A stretch of 64,000 nucleotides of DNA from Vulcanimicrobiota bacterium. Lineage in GTDB: Bacteria > Vulcanimicrobiota > Vulcanimicrobiia > Vulcanimicrobiales > Vulcanimicrobiaceae. Position numbers and translations under genes: made by a program. The stretch spans positions 640,001 to 704,000 of the forward strand of contig OY968762.1 of NCBI GenBank assembly GCA_963695225.1. Direction: 5' to 3'. The notes under the pieces are model-generated. The model saw nothing but the letters and a program-made list of their open reading frames with translations. It made no database searches and was not told where the DNA came from. Of this stretch, positions 18,760-28,756 are shown piece after piece (the stretch's first letter is position 1; each line of letters begins with the position of its first letter).

Positions 18760-19977
18760 TCAGTTCCAAAGGTCGCCGAACCAGTTCGTGACCCGCGCGA
18801 ACATGCCGCGGGAGCGACTGTGCGGCACGGCCTGCTCGCCTTTCGGTCCGGCGAGGACGAGGCCGACGGCAGTTGCGTACTCCGGCTGTTTGTACGCGTC
18901 GTTGAGGCCGCCGATCGCGGTCGGCACGCCGATGCGCGCCGGGACCCCGAAGAACGCGGCCGCGAGCGCGTCGAGCCCGTCGAGGCGCGCGCCGCCGCCC
19001 GTCAGGACGACCTCGGCGAGAATCAACTCGCGCGGCGCGTGTTCGGAGATCTGCGCGCGCGCGATCTTGAAGATCTCCGAGATGCGCGGCTCGACGATGG
19101 CGCGCAACTCCGCCCGCGTGACCATCTGCGTCGTGCGGCCGTCGAGGGACGTGACCGCGAACGGGTCCTCGCCCTCGCTGCGCTCGCGCAGGCTCGCGCA
19201 GGCTCGTTTCACGCGCTCCGCTTCGGCAAACGACGTCTTCAGCCCGAAGGCGATGTCGTTCGTGAGGATGTTCCCGCCGACGGGGATCGTCGATGTGTAG
19301 ACCGCTCCGCCGCCGCCGAACACCGCGATATCCGTCGTCCCGCCGCCGATGTCGAGCAACGCGACGCCGACCTGTTTTTCTTCGCTCGAGAGCGTCGCGG
19401 CCGACGATGCGAGCGGCTCGAACACGACGCCGGCCGGCTCGAGCCCGGCGCGATGGACGCACTTCAGCACGTTCGTGATGAACGCCGCGCCGCCGGTCAC
19501 GATGTGCGTCTCGACCTCGAGGCGAGCGCCGGACATCCCGACGGGATCGACGATCCCGTCGTGTCCGTCGATCATGTAGTGCCGCGGCAAGGCGTGCACG
19601 ATCTGTCGTTCGCTGCCGACGTCGATCAGCTTCGAGGCGTCGACGACGCGCCGCACGTCGTTCGGGGCGACTTCCCGTTCCTCGCCCGAGATCGCGACGA
19701 CGCCCCGGCTGTTCCGGCTCTGCATGTGCTCCCCGGTCACGCCGACGTAGACCTGAGAGATGTGGACGCCCGCCATCCGCTCGGCCCGTTCGGTCGCCGC
19801 TTCGATCGAACGGACGGTCTCCTCGAGGTCCGTCACGACTCCACGGCGCAAGCCGTTCGAGGGCGCCTCACCGACGCCGATGATGTCCAGCCCCCGGGAC
19901 GTGGCGGTAGCGACGACGGCGCACGTCTTGGTCGTCCCGATGTCCAGGCCAACGATCGTGCCCCGGGGTGCTTTCAT
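18760..19977 (-). CDS. ftsA: Cell division protein FtsA
   Basis: [28 protein letters not shown], amphipathic C-terminus. Confidence 0.96.
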   Translation of the reverse strand: MKAPRGTIVGLDIGTTKTCAVVATATSRGLDIIGVGEAPSNGLRRGVVTDLEETVRSIEAATERAERMAGVHISQVYVGVTGEHMQSRNSRGVVAISGEEREVAPNDVRRVVDASKLIDVGSERQIVHALPRHYMIDGHDGIVDPVGMSGARLEVETHIVTGGAAFITNVLKCVHRAGLEPAGVVFEPLASSAATLSSEEKQVGVALLDIGGGTTDIAVFGGGGAVYTSTIPVGGNILTNDIAFGLKTSFAEAERVKRACASLRERSEGEDPFAVTSLDGRTTQMVTRAELRAIVEPRISEIFKIARAQISEHAPRELILAEVVLTGGGARLDGLDALAAAFFGVPARIGVPTAIGGLNDAYKQPEYATAVGLVLAGPKGEQAVPHSRSRGMFARVTNWFGDLWN

Positions 19978-19981
19978 GGCC

Positions 19982-20770
19982 CTAGATATTGTGGTGGCTG
20001 GGCCTGGAGTCCTGTATATATTGTGGCTCGCGCCGGAGGACGACGGGGGCTGCCGGTGCCCGCAGATCGATCGCCCGCACGCCCGCGCCGGCACCCGGCA
20101 GTGCGAGGATCGCGTCGAGGAGGCGGAGCTTTTCCGGCAGGTCCCCGTCCGAACCGAAGCGGACCTCAACCCCGCCGCGGAGCGTCGCGAGGAGCCCGCC
20201 GTATGCGTCGTAGCCGAACGCGACGAATGCATGTGGCCCCTGCCCAAGCGTCCCGGCGTCGCGCAGCAGCCGGTCGAGGTCGTCGCTGCGCTCGTCTTCG
20301 CCGGGTGCGACGGCCGCGAGTCCGGGGAGGCGGTAGAGCGGTTGCGGCAACCGGTCGCAGCCGAGTTCGAGGACTCGGCGGTCGGCGTCGATCGTCAGCG
20401 CGCTCCCGGACGCAAGCAGACATCCCTCCGGGACTCGTTCGGAGACTGCGATCTCGACCGCATTCGGGAACTTGCGCCGGACGATCGCGTCGCGGACGTA
20501 GGGAATCCGTTCGATGCGGCGCTCGGCCGCGCGCGTGTCGAGCAGCCAGATGTTCCGATCCGCCGGGAGGGCGGCGCGCGCGACGATCTCCGCGCGCGGC
20601 ACGATCGCGTTCCCCCCAACCTCGAGCGCGTTCAGATAAAAGCCCGGCCAATTCAGCGCGTACGCGCCGCCCCCCGCGAGAACGAGCATCCCTGCGAGCG
20701 CGACGATCCAGAAAGCGCGCAGTCGCGAGAGCGGGGAAGGCTTGCTGCGCCGGCGCAGGTTCGTCGTCAC
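19982..20770 (-). CDS. ftsQ: Cell division protein FtsQ/DivIB (POTRA domain)
   Basis: Single TM, VGGN, RKFPNAVEIAVSER, AIDLR; directly upstream of ftsA. Confidence 0.85.
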   Translation of the reverse strand: MTTNLRRRSKPSPLSRLRAFWIVALAGMLVLAGGGAYALNWPGFYLNALEVGGNAIVPRAEIVARAALPADRNIWLLDTRAAERRIERIPYVRDAIVRRKFPNAVEIAVSERVPEGCLLASGSALTIDADRRVLELGCDRLPQPLYRLPGLAAVAPGEDERSDDLDRLLRDAGTLGQGPHAFVAFGYDAYGGLLATLRGGVEVRFGSDGDLPEKLRLLDAILALPGAGAGVRAIDLRAPAAPVVLRREPQYIQDSRPSHHNI

Positions 20771-21609
20771 GCGTCCCGCTCCGCCGGGATCTCGAACACG
20801 AAACGTTCGAGCGCTTCTTTCACGCCGTCGTGGGCCCAATCGCCGACGACGGCCTGCGCTACGGCGAGCAGCGGCGCGGGCGACGAGCCCATCGCCACGC
20901 CGAAACCCGCCTCGGCCAGCAGCGGAACGTCGTTGTACGAATCGCCGATCGCCATGATGTCCTCGCGTTCGATCCCCAGCCGCGCCGCGACCGAGCGGAG
21001 CGCCGCGCCTTTGTTCGCCGCGGGGTTCATCACCTCCACGAACTCCGGGTTCGAACGCGTCACGTATGCGTCGGCGCCGCAGAGCCTGCGAATCCGCTCG
21101 AAGACTTCCTCCGTGCGGGCCGGATCGGTCACTACGTTGAGCTTCGTCGAATCGTGCCCCGCGAACGCCTCCCGCAACGAGGGCACGACGACCGGCTCGA
21201 CGCCGGCCAGCCGGGCGTAGAGCGCGCTGTAGCGATTGCGTTCCTCGCAGTAGAAGCGGTCGTCCCGGTACATCTGCACGTGGTACCCTTCGGGGCGAAG
21301 CGCGTCGTAGATGCGCAGCGCGGTCGCGCTCGCGAGCGGCGTCTGCGCGAGCATCGAGCCCCCGACGGGATCGAAGATCGCGGCGCCCTGATAGCAGATG
21401 ACCGGGGCCGTGACGCCGAGCGCCCGCGCGGCCCAGGCGGTCCCGACGAACATCCGCCCGGTGACGATCGTGATCACGACGCCGCTCGCGCTCGCGCGCC
21501 GGACGGATTCGGCGACGGACTCGGCGAGGACGTTCTCGGACGAGAGCAGCGTGCCGTCGAGATCGAGGGCGAGCAGCTTCGGGCGTGCGGCCGGACGCGC
21601 CTCGTTCAC
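20767..21609 (-). CDS. Cof-type HAD-IIB phosphatase
   Basis: DLDGTLL, VTGR, ANKG, GDSYND. Confidence 0.92.
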   Translation of the reverse strand: MNEARPAARPKLLALDLDGTLLSSENVLAESVAESVRRASASGVVITIVTGRMFVGTAWAARALGVTAPVICYQGAAIFDPVGGSMLAQTPLASATALRIYDALRPEGYHVQMYRDDRFYCEERNRYSALYARLAGVEPVVVPSLREAFAGHDSTKLNVVTDPARTEEVFERIRRLCGADAYVTRSNPEFVEVMNPAANKGAALRSVAARLGIEREDIMAIGDSYNDVPLLAEAGFGVAMGSSPAPLLAVAQAVVGDWAHDGVKEALERFVFEIPAERDA

Positions 21610-22895
21610 CGTGTGCCGAGCCGGAGCAGCGCGGTCCGCGCGTGCGCGCGCAAGCCTTCGAACTCCGCGAGCGCCGCGAGCGTGCGCGCGTCCTCGCGCA
21701 TCCGGGCGGCGCTATTCTCGATCACCGAGGTCGTTCGGTAGAAATCGGCGAGCCGCAAGCCCGAGGAGTAGCGTCCGGCTCCCGCGGTGGGGAGGACGTG
21801 GTTCGTCCCGGCGATGTAGTCGCCGGCGGCGACCGGCGTCTCGTCGCCGACGAAGATCGCGCCCGCGCGACGGATGCGCGGCACCAGGCTCCACGGCTCC
21901 GCGATCTGCAGCGAGAGATGCTCCGGCGCGAAGCGTTCGATCACCTCGAGGATCTCCGTCTCGTCCGCCGCGTGGATGAGGTAAGCGCCCTCGGCGAGCA
22001 CGCGATCGACGATCTCGCCGCGCCCGCACGCCGTCGCAAACTCGCCCCCGAGCAGTTCGTTGACGCGCTCCAAGATCCCAAGATCGGTCGATACGGCGGC
22101 GACGCGCGCGAGCGGGTCGTGCTCGGCCTGTGCGATCAACTCCCCGGCCACGAACCCGGCGTTCGCGCGAGCGTCGGCGACGACGAGCACTTCCGAAGGC
22201 CCCGCGAGGCCGTCGATCCCGCACCTTCCGAAGACTTGCCGCTTCGCCTCGGTCACCCAGACGTTCCCGGGGCCGACGATCTTATCGACGGGGGCGATCG
22301 TCGCGGTTCCGTAGGCGAGCGCCGCGATCGCCTGCGCGCCGCCGGCCGCGTAGAGTTCGTCGACGCCGCACAGGGCGCAGGCGAAGAGGATCGCGGGTGC
22401 GACCGCCCCGTCCCGGCCGGGCGGCGTCGTCACGACCACGCGCTCGACGCCGGCAAGCTTCGCCGGGACGGCCGTCATGATCACGGACGACGGCAACACG
22501 GCGGTCCCGCCCGGGACGTACGCGCCGACCGCGGCGAGCGGATGGTAGACGAACGCACCGCGCGTCCCGTCCGGCTCGCGCCGCTCGACGTCCTCGGGAC
22601 GCTGCAATTCGTGATACGCCGCGACGCGCGCCCGCGCCAGTTCGAGTCCCGCCGAGATCTCCGCCGGGACGAGCGCGCGCGCCGCTTCGAGCGAGGGCAA
22701 CCGCACGCGCAGCGCATCGTCTCGCATGTCCGGCGCGTCGAACCGGCGCGTGTAGTCGAGCAGCGCCGCGTCGCCCCGCTCGCGCACGTCCGCGACGATC
22801 GCGGCGACCGTGGAGCGCACGGCTTCGGAAACCTCCCAGCCCCCGCCGTACAGACGCGCCAGCGCCGGGCCGTCGCTCGCGGCGACGATCTTCAC
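21606..22895 (-). CDS. hisD: Histidinol dehydrogenase
   Basis: YVPGG, GGAQAI, GPGN, AGPSE, QAEH, APEHL, GTNHVLPT. Confidence 0.96.
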   Translation of the reverse strand: MKIVAASDGPALARLYGGGWEVSEAVRSTVAAIVADVRERGDAALLDYTRRFDAPDMRDDALRVRLPSLEAARALVPAEISAGLELARARVAAYHELQRPEDVERREPDGTRGAFVYHPLAAVGAYVPGGTAVLPSSVIMTAVPAKLAGVERVVVTTPPGRDGAVAPAILFACALCGVDELYAAGGAQAIAALAYGTATIAPVDKIVGPGNVWVTEAKRQVFGRCGIDGLAGPSEVLVVADARANAGFVAGELIAQAEHDPLARVAAVSTDLGILERVNELLGGEFATACGRGEIVDRVLAEGAYLIHAADETEILEVIERFAPEHLSLQIAEPWSLVPRIRRAGAIFVGDETPVAAGDYIAGTNHVLPTAGAGRYSSGLRLADFYRTTSVIENSAARMREDARTLAALAEFEGLRAHARTALLRLGTR

Positions 22896-23554
22896 GAACG
22901 CGCCTCGAACGTCAGCCCGCTGAACGCGTGCTCGGGATCGAGCCTGCGCAAAAGATCCATCAACGCGCGGTACTTCGCGCGAAAGCGGACCGGGTTCACG
23001 ACGAAACGTGCCGTCGAGCGGTCGATCTCTTCGAGCACGACGAGATGGTTCTCGCGCAGCGTCGTACCCGTCGCGACCAGGTCGACGATGAGATCGGCGA
23101 GGCCGACGAGCGGGCCCAATTCGACCGAGCCGTGCAGCTTGATCAATTGCGCCGGCAGATCCCGTTCGGCGAAATACGTCTCGGCGGTCCGCACGAATTT
23201 CGTGGCGACGCGCAGGAAGGTCGGCAGCGGGACGCCTTCGTGGTAACGGTCGGCGCTGCGCGCGGCTACGACGAGCCGGCAAGCGCCGAACTCGAGGTCC
23301 GCTAGCTCGCAGACGTGCCGGTCCGTCTCCCAGAGCGTATCCTTGCCGACGATGCCGCAATCCGCCGCGCCGAATTCGACGTACGCCGGGACGTCGCTCG
23401 GGCGCAGGAACAAGATCTCGCTCCCGTCCCCCGTGACGACGGAGAGCTTGCGCCCCGGATCGTCGGGGACTTCGACGCCGGCGCCGCGCAAGCGCGCGAC
23501 CGCGTCGTCGTAGAGGGCGCCCTTGGGGACGGCGACGACGAGACGTTCGCTCAC
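22892..23554 (-). CDS. hisG: ATP phosphoribosyltransferase, short form
   Basis: VPKG, VGKD, VATKF, LHGSVE, DLVATGTTLREN; no regulatory C-domain. Confidence 0.95.
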   Translation of the reverse strand: MSERLVVAVPKGALYDDAVARLRGAGVEVPDDPGRKLSVVTGDGSEILFLRPSDVPAYVEFGAADCGIVGKDTLWETDRHVCELADLEFGACRLVVAARSADRYHEGVPLPTFLRVATKFVRTAETYFAERDLPAQLIKLHGSVELGPLVGLADLIVDLVATGTTLRENHLVVLEEIDRSTARFVVNPVRFRAKYRALMDLLRRLDPEHAFSGLTFEARS

Positions 23555-24546
23555 GCGCGTGCCCCCTCGGCGACGCGTTGCCTGCGCCGCTCGAGCGCGA
23601 TCAGCACGCGCTCGACGCTCAGCGACCACCCGACGGCGCCCGCCTGCATTCCGAAGCGCGGGAGCAGCGAATCGTAGCGTCCGCCCCCGACGATCGCGAC
23701 GCCCAGTTCAGCGACGAATCCTTCGAACACGAAGCCCGTGTAGTACGCGAAATCCCGCAGGAGCGAGAGGTCGATCGCGATGCGATCCTGCGCGCCCCGT
23801 TCGGCGGCGCGGGCGACGATCGCGGCGAGCCGCTCGATGCCCACGCGCCCTTCTACCGTGCGGCACAACTTCTCCGCGAACGCCAGCACGTCGCCGGTTC
23901 CGCGGCTCAGCGTCAGCGCCCGCAGTTGCGGGAAGCGGTCCGCGTACCCGAGCGCCGCCGTGAACGTTTGCAGCCCGACGAGGTTGCGCGTCGAGATCAT
24001 GCGCTTGCATTCTGCGATCGCGTCGGCGGAGAGGTCGAGCCCGGCGAGGATCCCGTCGATGATCGAGACGTGATTGATGTCGATCCGCGCGTCGTGCAGG
24101 CCGAGTGCGTCGAGCGCCTCGAGCGCGGTAAAGAGCGACTCCGCGTCCGCGCCGATCGTGCGATCGCCGATCAGCTCGACGCCGCCCTGCGTGAGCTCCT
24201 GCATCCGGCCCACCTGCGGGTCCTCATAGCGGTAGGTCGGCTGTACGTAGCACAGCCGCAACGGAAGCGGCGCACGCTGCAACCGCGAAGCGACCAGGCG
24301 CGCGATCGGCGTCGTCATGTCCGGGCGCAGCGAGAGCAGCCCGCCGCCGCGATCCGTGAACTGGAACGCCTGTTTCGCGAGCTGCTCGCCGACGCCGACT
24401 TCGAGCACGTCGAAGAACTCGAACGCCGGCGTTTGGACCTCCGAGTACCCGTGGCGGGCGAAGACGCCGCGCAGCGCCTCCTCCGAGCTGCGCTTGAGCG
24501 CGAGCTCGTCCGGAAGCCAGTCGCGCACGCCGGCCGGCAATCTCAT
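23551..24546 (-). CDS. hisZ: ATP phosphoribosyltransferase regulatory subunit
   Basis: LPAGVRD, LRPDMT, QGGVEL, YYTG, GGGRYD; upstream of short hisG. Confidence 0.92.
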   Translation of the reverse strand: MRLPAGVRDWLPDELALKRSSEEALRGVFARHGYSEVQTPAFEFFDVLEVGVGEQLAKQAFQFTDRGGGLLSLRPDMTTPIARLVASRLQRAPLPLRLCYVQPTYRYEDPQVGRMQELTQGGVELIGDRTIGADAESLFTALEALDALGLHDARIDINHVSIIDGILAGLDLSADAIAECKRMISTRNLVGLQTFTAALGYADRFPQLRALTLSRGTGDVLAFAEKLCRTVEGRVGIERLAAIVARAAERGAQDRIAIDLSLLRDFAYYTGFVFEGFVAELGVAIVGGGRYDSLLPRFGMQAGAVGWSLSVERVLIALERRRQRVAEGARA

Positions 24547-24596
24547 CTCCGTCTCCCCAATTCCGTCATCGCTCGCTCCCGTAGCCGCCGCGAAGT

Positions 24597-27500
24597 TCAC
24601 GCATTCGGCAGCGGGCCCTCCCAAACGTTGTTCCGGGAGAAGATCGCATCGAGTTCGCTGCGGACGTAGACGCCGGTCGAGATCCCCGCGCCCAGACGTG
24701 CGGCGCGCTCGCCTTCGTGCAAGACGATCGGGATCGTGCCGGGGGACTCCGCCACGAGCAGCGCCAGCGCGTCGATCTGGCGGCGATTGCGGACGCGGAC
24801 GTGCCAGGCGCTCGCAACGGGCGCCTCGACGCGCCGCTGGAACGGCGTCACCTCGTTCACGGTGACCGACGTTTCGACCGGGACGTCGTCGCCCGGCATC
24901 GAGCCGCGCCGTTCCCGGAAACGGACCCGCCCGCGGACCGTCACGATCGCATCGGGGACGAACGCGGTCTGCAACTGCGCGTACGATTTCGGGAAGACGA
25001 TCAGCTCCACGCTCCCGCCCGTATCCTCGAGCGTCGCGATCAGCATCTGCTGCTGCGCCTTCGTCATCGTCCGGCGCACGGCGGTCAGCATCCCCGCGAC
25101 GACGACCTGCGCATCGTCCTCGAACGTCCCCAGGTCCTTGATCGGCGTCGCGCCGGCGCGCGCGAGCTGCTCGGCGACGTCCGCCAGCGGATGCCCCGAA
25201 ACGAAGATTCCGAGCGTCTCCTTCTCCCAGGCGAGCCGCTCCATCGTCGTCGGCGCGGGGAGGGCAGGGAGCGCCTGCGCCAGCTCCGGCGTTTCCTCGA
25301 CCGTTCCAAAAAGCGAGACCTGCCCGAGCTCGCGATCCTTCGCCGCCCGGGTCGCAGCATCGAGCGCGCCGTCGAGGGCGGCCAATTGCTCGCTGCGATT
25401 CCCCGGGAGGGCGTCGAGCGCTCCGCACTTTATCAGCGCCTCGTAGACTTTCCGGTTCGCAGCCCCGGACTCGACGCGCGCCACGAGATCGAAGACGTCG
25501 GCGAACTTCCCGCCCGTGCGGCGCGCCTCGAGGAGCGCCCGGACGGCGCCCTCCCCGACGCCCTTGACGGCGGCGAGGCCGAAGCGGATCTGCGAGCCGA
25601 CGACGGCGAAATCGACGAGCGACTCGTTGACGTCCGGCGGCAGCACGGCGATGCCGAGCTTCTTCGCTTCGTCGATGTACTCGACGAGCTTATCGGTCTT
25701 GTCCTTGACCGACGTCATGAGCGCGGCGAAATACGCGATCGGGTGGTTCGCCTTCAGGAACGCGGTCTGATACGAGATCCAGCCGTATGCGGCGGCGTGC
25801 GACTTATTGAAACCGTATCCCGCGAACGGCTCGACGAACGCGAAGATCTCCCCGGCGAGGTGCGCGTCGATCCCGTTCTTGACGGACCCCGCGATGAACT
25901 TCTCGCGATAGAGGGGGATCTTGTCCTTCTGCTTCTTCCCCATCACCTTGCGCAGCTCGTCCGCTTGCCCCAGCGTGAAGCCCGCAATATCGCGCGCGAT
26001 CTGCATCACCTGCTCTTGGTAGCAGGCGATGCCGTACGTCTCCGCGAGGATCGGCTCGAGCTTCGGGTGCAGGTAGCGGGGCTTCGTGCGGCCGTGCTTG
26101 TTGCTGATGTACTGCGGGATCCACTCCATCGGTCCGGGCCGATAGAGCGCGACGAGCGCGATGATGTCGTCGAGCGAGGACGGTTGCAGCTCGCCGACGA
26201 CGCGGCGCATCCCGTCGGATTCGAGCTGGAAGACGCCGGTCGTCTCGCCGCGCCCGAGCATCTCGAACGTGCGCGCGTCGTCGTCGGGGATGCGTGCGAG
26301 ATCGAAGGCCGGGTCCGTCGTGCGCCGGATCTCGTCGCTCGCGGCCTTCATCACCGTCAAATTGCGCAGCCCGAGGAAATCCATCTTGAGCAGGCCGATC
26401 CGCTCGACCATGTTCATGTCGTATTGCGTGTTGACGTCGTCCTCGCCGAGCTTGATCAGCGGCGCCCAATCGACGAGCGGCCCCGCCGAGATCACGACGC
26501 CGGCGGCATGCGTCGAAGCGTGCCGCGCCAGGCCCTCGATCGACCGCGCCGTCTCGAGCAGCTTGCGGATCTGCGGCGAATTGTCGGAGAGGTTCTTGAG
26601 TTCCGGGATGTTCGCGAGCGCCTGCGCGATCGAGAGCCCGCCGGGGCCCGAAGGGATCAGCTTCGCGACCCGGTCCACGTCGCCGAGCGGGACGCCGAGC
26701 GCCCGCCCCGCATCGCGGACTGCGGCGCGAGCCGCCATGGTCCCGAACGTAACGATCTGCGCGACGCGGTCGCTCCCGTACTTGTGCGTGACGTAGTCGA
26801 TCACTTCGTCGCGCCGCTCGACGCAGAAATCCGTGTCGATATCCGGCATCGAGATGCGATCGGGATTGAGAAAGCGTTCGAACAGCAATTTGAACTTGAT
26901 CGGATCGAGATCCGTGATTCGCAGGCAGTACGAGACGATCGAGCCGACCGCCGAACCACGCCCCGGCCCGACCGGAATATCCCGATCGCGCGCGTACTTG
27001 ATGAAGTCCCACACGATCAAGAAGTACGATGCGAACCCCATCTTCGTGATGACGCCGAGCTCGTAATCGAGCCGCTCGCGCAGCGCCTCGTCGTGCGCCG
27101 CCCGCTCCGAGCCGTACCGCTCGACGAGCCCTGCCTCGCAGACTTCGCGCAGGTACTCCTCCGGCGTCTTCGCGCCGAGGAGCGACGGCTGCAAGCCGGC
27201 CTGCGGCACGGGATAAACCGGGATATTGAACGTCTTCTCGGGGATCCGCATGTCGATCCGCTTGACGATCTCGAGCGTGTTGTCGCAGGCATCCGGCACG
27301 TCGGCGAAGAGCTCGCGCATCTCCTCGTTTGATTTGACGTAGAATTCGTGCGTCATGAACTTGAGCCGGTTCGTGTCGGCGACCGTCTTCCCGGTCCCGA
27401 TGCAGAGCAGGACGTCGTGCGCAGGGGCATCCTCGCGCGTCAAGTAGTGCGAATCGTTCGTCGCGACGAGCGGCAGGTTCATCTCCCGCGCCAGCTTGAT

Positions 27501-28058
27501 CAAGCCGTCGTTGACGACGTCTTGCTCCGGGATCCCGTGCCGCATGATCTCGATATAGAAGCGATCCCCGAAGATGTCGCCGAACGCGCGCGCCGCTCGC
27601 TTGGCGCCCTCGAAATCGTTCTTGAGCAGCGGTTGCGCGCACAGCCCCGACATGCACCCCGACAGCACGATCAGCCCGTCGTTGTGCTTGGCGAGCAGAT
27701 CCATATCGATGCGCGGCTTATAATAGTAGCCTTCGAGATACCCCTTCGAGATCAGCGCGACGAGGTTGCGGTACCCCACGAGATCGGCGGCCAGCAGAGT
27801 GACGTGCGCCTCGTCGCGGACGGTCCGGTCGAACCGCCCGCGCGGCGCGATGTACGCCTCGCACCCGACGATCGGCACGAGCTTGTGCTCGCGCGCCGCG
27901 TAGTAGAACTCCATCGCCCCGAACATCACGCCATGATCCGTGAGTGCGATCCCTGGAGCACCGGTCTCGGCGCTGCGCCGGCACAGCGAATCGACTCGGC
28001 ACGCCCCATCGAGCAGCGAGTACTCGCTGTGGACGTGCAGGTGGACGAACGAACTCAA
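24597..28058 (-). CDS. dnaE: DNA polymerase III alpha subunit
   Basis: FVHLHVHSEYSLLDG, PGRGSA, MPDIDTD, KMDFLGL, YGFNKSH; TTG start after GGGAG. Confidence 0.96.
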   Translation of the reverse strand: MSSFVHLHVHSEYSLLDGACRVDSLCRRSAETGAPGIALTDHGVMFGAMEFYYAAREHKLVPIVGCEAYIAPRGRFDRTVRDEAHVTLLAADLVGYRNLVALISKGYLEGYYYKPRIDMDLLAKHNDGLIVLSGCMSGLCAQPLLKNDFEGAKRAARAFGDIFGDRFYIEIMRHGIPEQDVVNDGLIKLAREMNLPLVATNDSHYLTREDAPAHDVLLCIGTGKTVADTNRLKFMTHEFYVKSNEEMRELFADVPDACDNTLEIVKRIDMRIPEKTFNIPVYPVPQAGLQPSLLGAKTPEEYLREVCEAGLVERYGSERAAHDEALRERLDYELGVITKMGFASYFLIVWDFIKYARDRDIPVGPGRGSAVGSIVSYCLRITDLDPIKFKLLFERFLNPDRISMPDIDTDFCVERRDEVIDYVTHKYGSDRVAQIVTFGTMAARAAVRDAGRALGVPLGDVDRVAKLIPSGPGGLSIAQALANIPELKNLSDNSPQIRKLLETARSIEGLARHASTHAAGVVISAGPLVDWAPLIKLGEDDVNTQYDMNMVERIGLLKMDFLGLRNLTVMKAASDEIRRTTDPAFDLARIPDDDARTFEMLGRGETTGVFQLESDGMRRVVGELQPSSLDDIIALVALYRPGPMEWIPQYISNKHGRTKPRYLHPKLEPILAETYGIACYQEQVMQIARDIAGFTLGQADELRKVMGKKQKDKIPLYREKFIAGSVKNGIDAHLAGEIFAFVEPFAGYGFNKSHAAAYGWISYQTAFLKANHPIAYFAALMTSVKDKTDKLVEYIDEAKKLGIAVLPPDVNESLVDFAVVGSQIRFGLAAVKGVGEGAVRALLEARRTGGKFADVFDLVARVESGAANRKVYEALIKCGALDALPGNRSEQLAALDGALDAATRAAKDRELGQVSLFGTVEETPELAQALPALPAPTTMERLAWEKETLGIFVSGHPLADVAEQLARAGATPIKDLGTFEDDAQVVVAGMLTAVRRTMTKAQQQMLIATLEDTGGSVELIVFPKSYAQLQTAFVPDAIVTVRGRVRFRERRGSMPGDDVPVETSVTVNEVTPFQRRVEAPVASAWHVRVRNRRQIDALALLVAESPGTIPIVLHEGERAARLGAGISTGVYVRSELDAIFSRNNVWEGPLPNA

Positions 28059-28235
28059 CGCGACTCCCGGCTGACGAAGCGAAGCTCCTAGCTTCCAACC
28101 CCGCTCCCCCCCACCCTGGCAGGCGCCGTCTCCGGCTCCGACACCGGCCGTCATCCTGAACGGAGCGAAGCTCGCGTCGGTCGACCGACGCGCTTGGAGA
28201 AGCTCGAGGCTGGCCTTTCTCGTTAGCGACGCGGC

Positions 28236-28377
28236 CGGGACGGGGGGACAGTCCTCTGCGGGGACGCCCGCGATTTCGCATCCATGCGAAATCGCTACTA
28301 GCCCACTTGCCCGCTCCCGCCATCCATGGCTCCGCGAGCAAGCTGGACTCCCCGCAGAGGACTGTCCCCCCGCCCCG
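28236..28377. repeat. MITE/REP-like palindromic element with 29-bp terminal inverted repeats
   Basis: 28236-28264 is the reverse complement of 28349-28377 with 1 mismatch; two internal hairpins centred on CATCCATG. Confidence 0.7.
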
Positions 28378-28756
28378 ACCGCTACCGGATTCCGGGCACT
28401 GCATGTCGACTTGGGGCGTCGCAACGTCGCTTGCGTGCCCCATGCCCCCGAGGGAACTTGTCGAAGGACGACCACCCGCGGACTATTCTCGTCTCGGCTT
28501 TCCGCATATATCCGCCGATTCGTCGCTGCGAGACTGCCGAGAGCACGATGTGCTAAATGCTGCGCATCACGCCAAGTGACGCGAAACGGCGATTCAACCG
28601 GCCGAATGGGGCGCAGCAAGCAATCGCAAGGATTCGCTCGCGCGTGCTCGACGCAGCTCGCGGGAGGAGGTCCTGCGACGTTCGTCGTGCGGGTTTCCCC
28701 GCGCTTCCGTCTAAGATGGTCGGAAGTTTCATGCCGGAGGAAAGAGGGTCTCGAGC

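Noticed and set aside
18742..21741. 999-aa plus-strand ORF, and similar long antisense ORFs (8059-9891, 24717-27332, 28853-31234, 55961-58051)
   Set aside because: Arg/Ala-rich shadow frames opposite well-supported genes; expected at this GC content
28059..28619. 187-aa N-terminal extension of DnaE in the ORF track
   Set aside because: Runs through the palindromic element; homology starts at FVHLHVH with a TTG and RBS at 28058
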